64,000 nucleotides of DNA from NCBI GenBank assembly GCA_050575255.1, contig JBNZDD010013687.1:537024-601023 (forward strand), in the 5' to 3' direction. Below, piece by piece: positions 63,280 to 64,000 of the stretch; position 1 is the stretch's first letter, and each line of letters opens with the position of its first letter. The notes below the pieces were generated by a model. It was not told the origin of the DNA, did no database searches, and worked only from the letters and a program-made list of their open reading frames with translations. The translations under genes and the position numbers were made by a program. This DNA is from Harriotta raleighana (taxonomy: Eukaryota).

Positions 63280-63416
63280 TGTCATTGATCATTAATTTCA
63301 TGGCTGTCGGACATTGTTGTGTTCAATTGAGGTGTTGCCTTTGTCCACAAATAAAAGCCACTGCACTTTACACTGCATCCTCTGCAACAACAACAACAAC
63401 AACAACAAAATTACAC
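63280..63416. mobile_element. Degraded SINE body (+) abutting an L2-type (CAA)n tail (-)
   Basis: GGACATTGTTGTGTTCAATTG..TCCACAAATA..CACTTTACA, then (CAA)nAATTACAC. Confidence 0.55.
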
Positions 63417-64000
63417 GAGGTGCAGTGTCTTCCTGATATGAAACCAGTTGTATCAAATACTGTACAAGGATTACTATTAAAGCACATTTTAAAAAAAAGC
63501 TAATGATGTGTATTTGTGTGTGAGTTGTGTATAATCAGGCTGATATACAGAATGGATGTCAACAAGTAGTGATTCAATATATGTTTGTTCTACATAGAAA
63601 TTGGCAAACTGCATTTCTGCCTTTGGGCTTATATTACCATTATGTTGAAACTAACTTCAATAATGTGCCTCGGAAAAGGAGATGAAGATTTTGCAGCCAC
63701 ATTTATGGAGGGATCCAGCTTGGCATTTTTAAGTGGTGTTTGTTTAAATTAACCCTTCTGGTGCAGGAGCAGTTGCTGTTCCATTGAAGAACACAAACTA
63801 CAGTTCATGGTAAGGTTCAAGGATTTTAGGCCTCAGCCAAGTAGCAGGCTTGTGCATCAACTTAGACATTAAACATCAATCAGCGGCTGGTGGAACAGGA
63901 GCAATGACTTAAGCTTAATCCTGCGCTCCCCCGACATATGCACTTCGGTAAGATTTACTGGATAGCAATTGGGATTCAGAACCCTGGGTTGTTTTTCTAC

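Overview
This is AT-rich eukaryotic, vertebrate-type non-coding DNA with no recognisable intact host protein-coding gene. It reads as a large intron or gene desert. The repeat landscape points to a cartilaginous fish, plausibly a chimaera such as Callorhinchus (inference). It includes CR1 LINEs with (ATTCTATG)n tails, two L2-clade LINE families with (TTG)n tails, a young tRNA-headed SINE with an (ATT)n tail, older SacSINE1/DeuSINE-like copies, a shark-type Penelope-like repeat and two TA-flanked Tigger/pogo-type elements. The only convincing protein-coding sequence is transposon-derived: a CR1 reverse transcriptase fragment (60623-61285), L2 ORF2 C-termini (12574-13172, 49741-50526) and a Tigger transposase C-terminal remnant (about 56738-56860). 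The most notable observations are: (1) a 3' RNA stem-loop that covaries across three retroelement families, with several insertions consisting of little more than that hairpin; (2) a CpG-decayed hammerhead ribozyme relic at about 20133-20172; (3) a run of hairpins ending in a pre-miRNA-sized stem at 54361-54598; (4) a candidate 21-nt microexon at 59190-59210; (5) a Tigger MITE carrying a 29-bp minisatellite. Two apparent tandem duplications around single Ns are most likely assembly artefacts. I found no evidence for a wholly new multi-gene system. Boundaries of old repeats are approximate and were read by eye.
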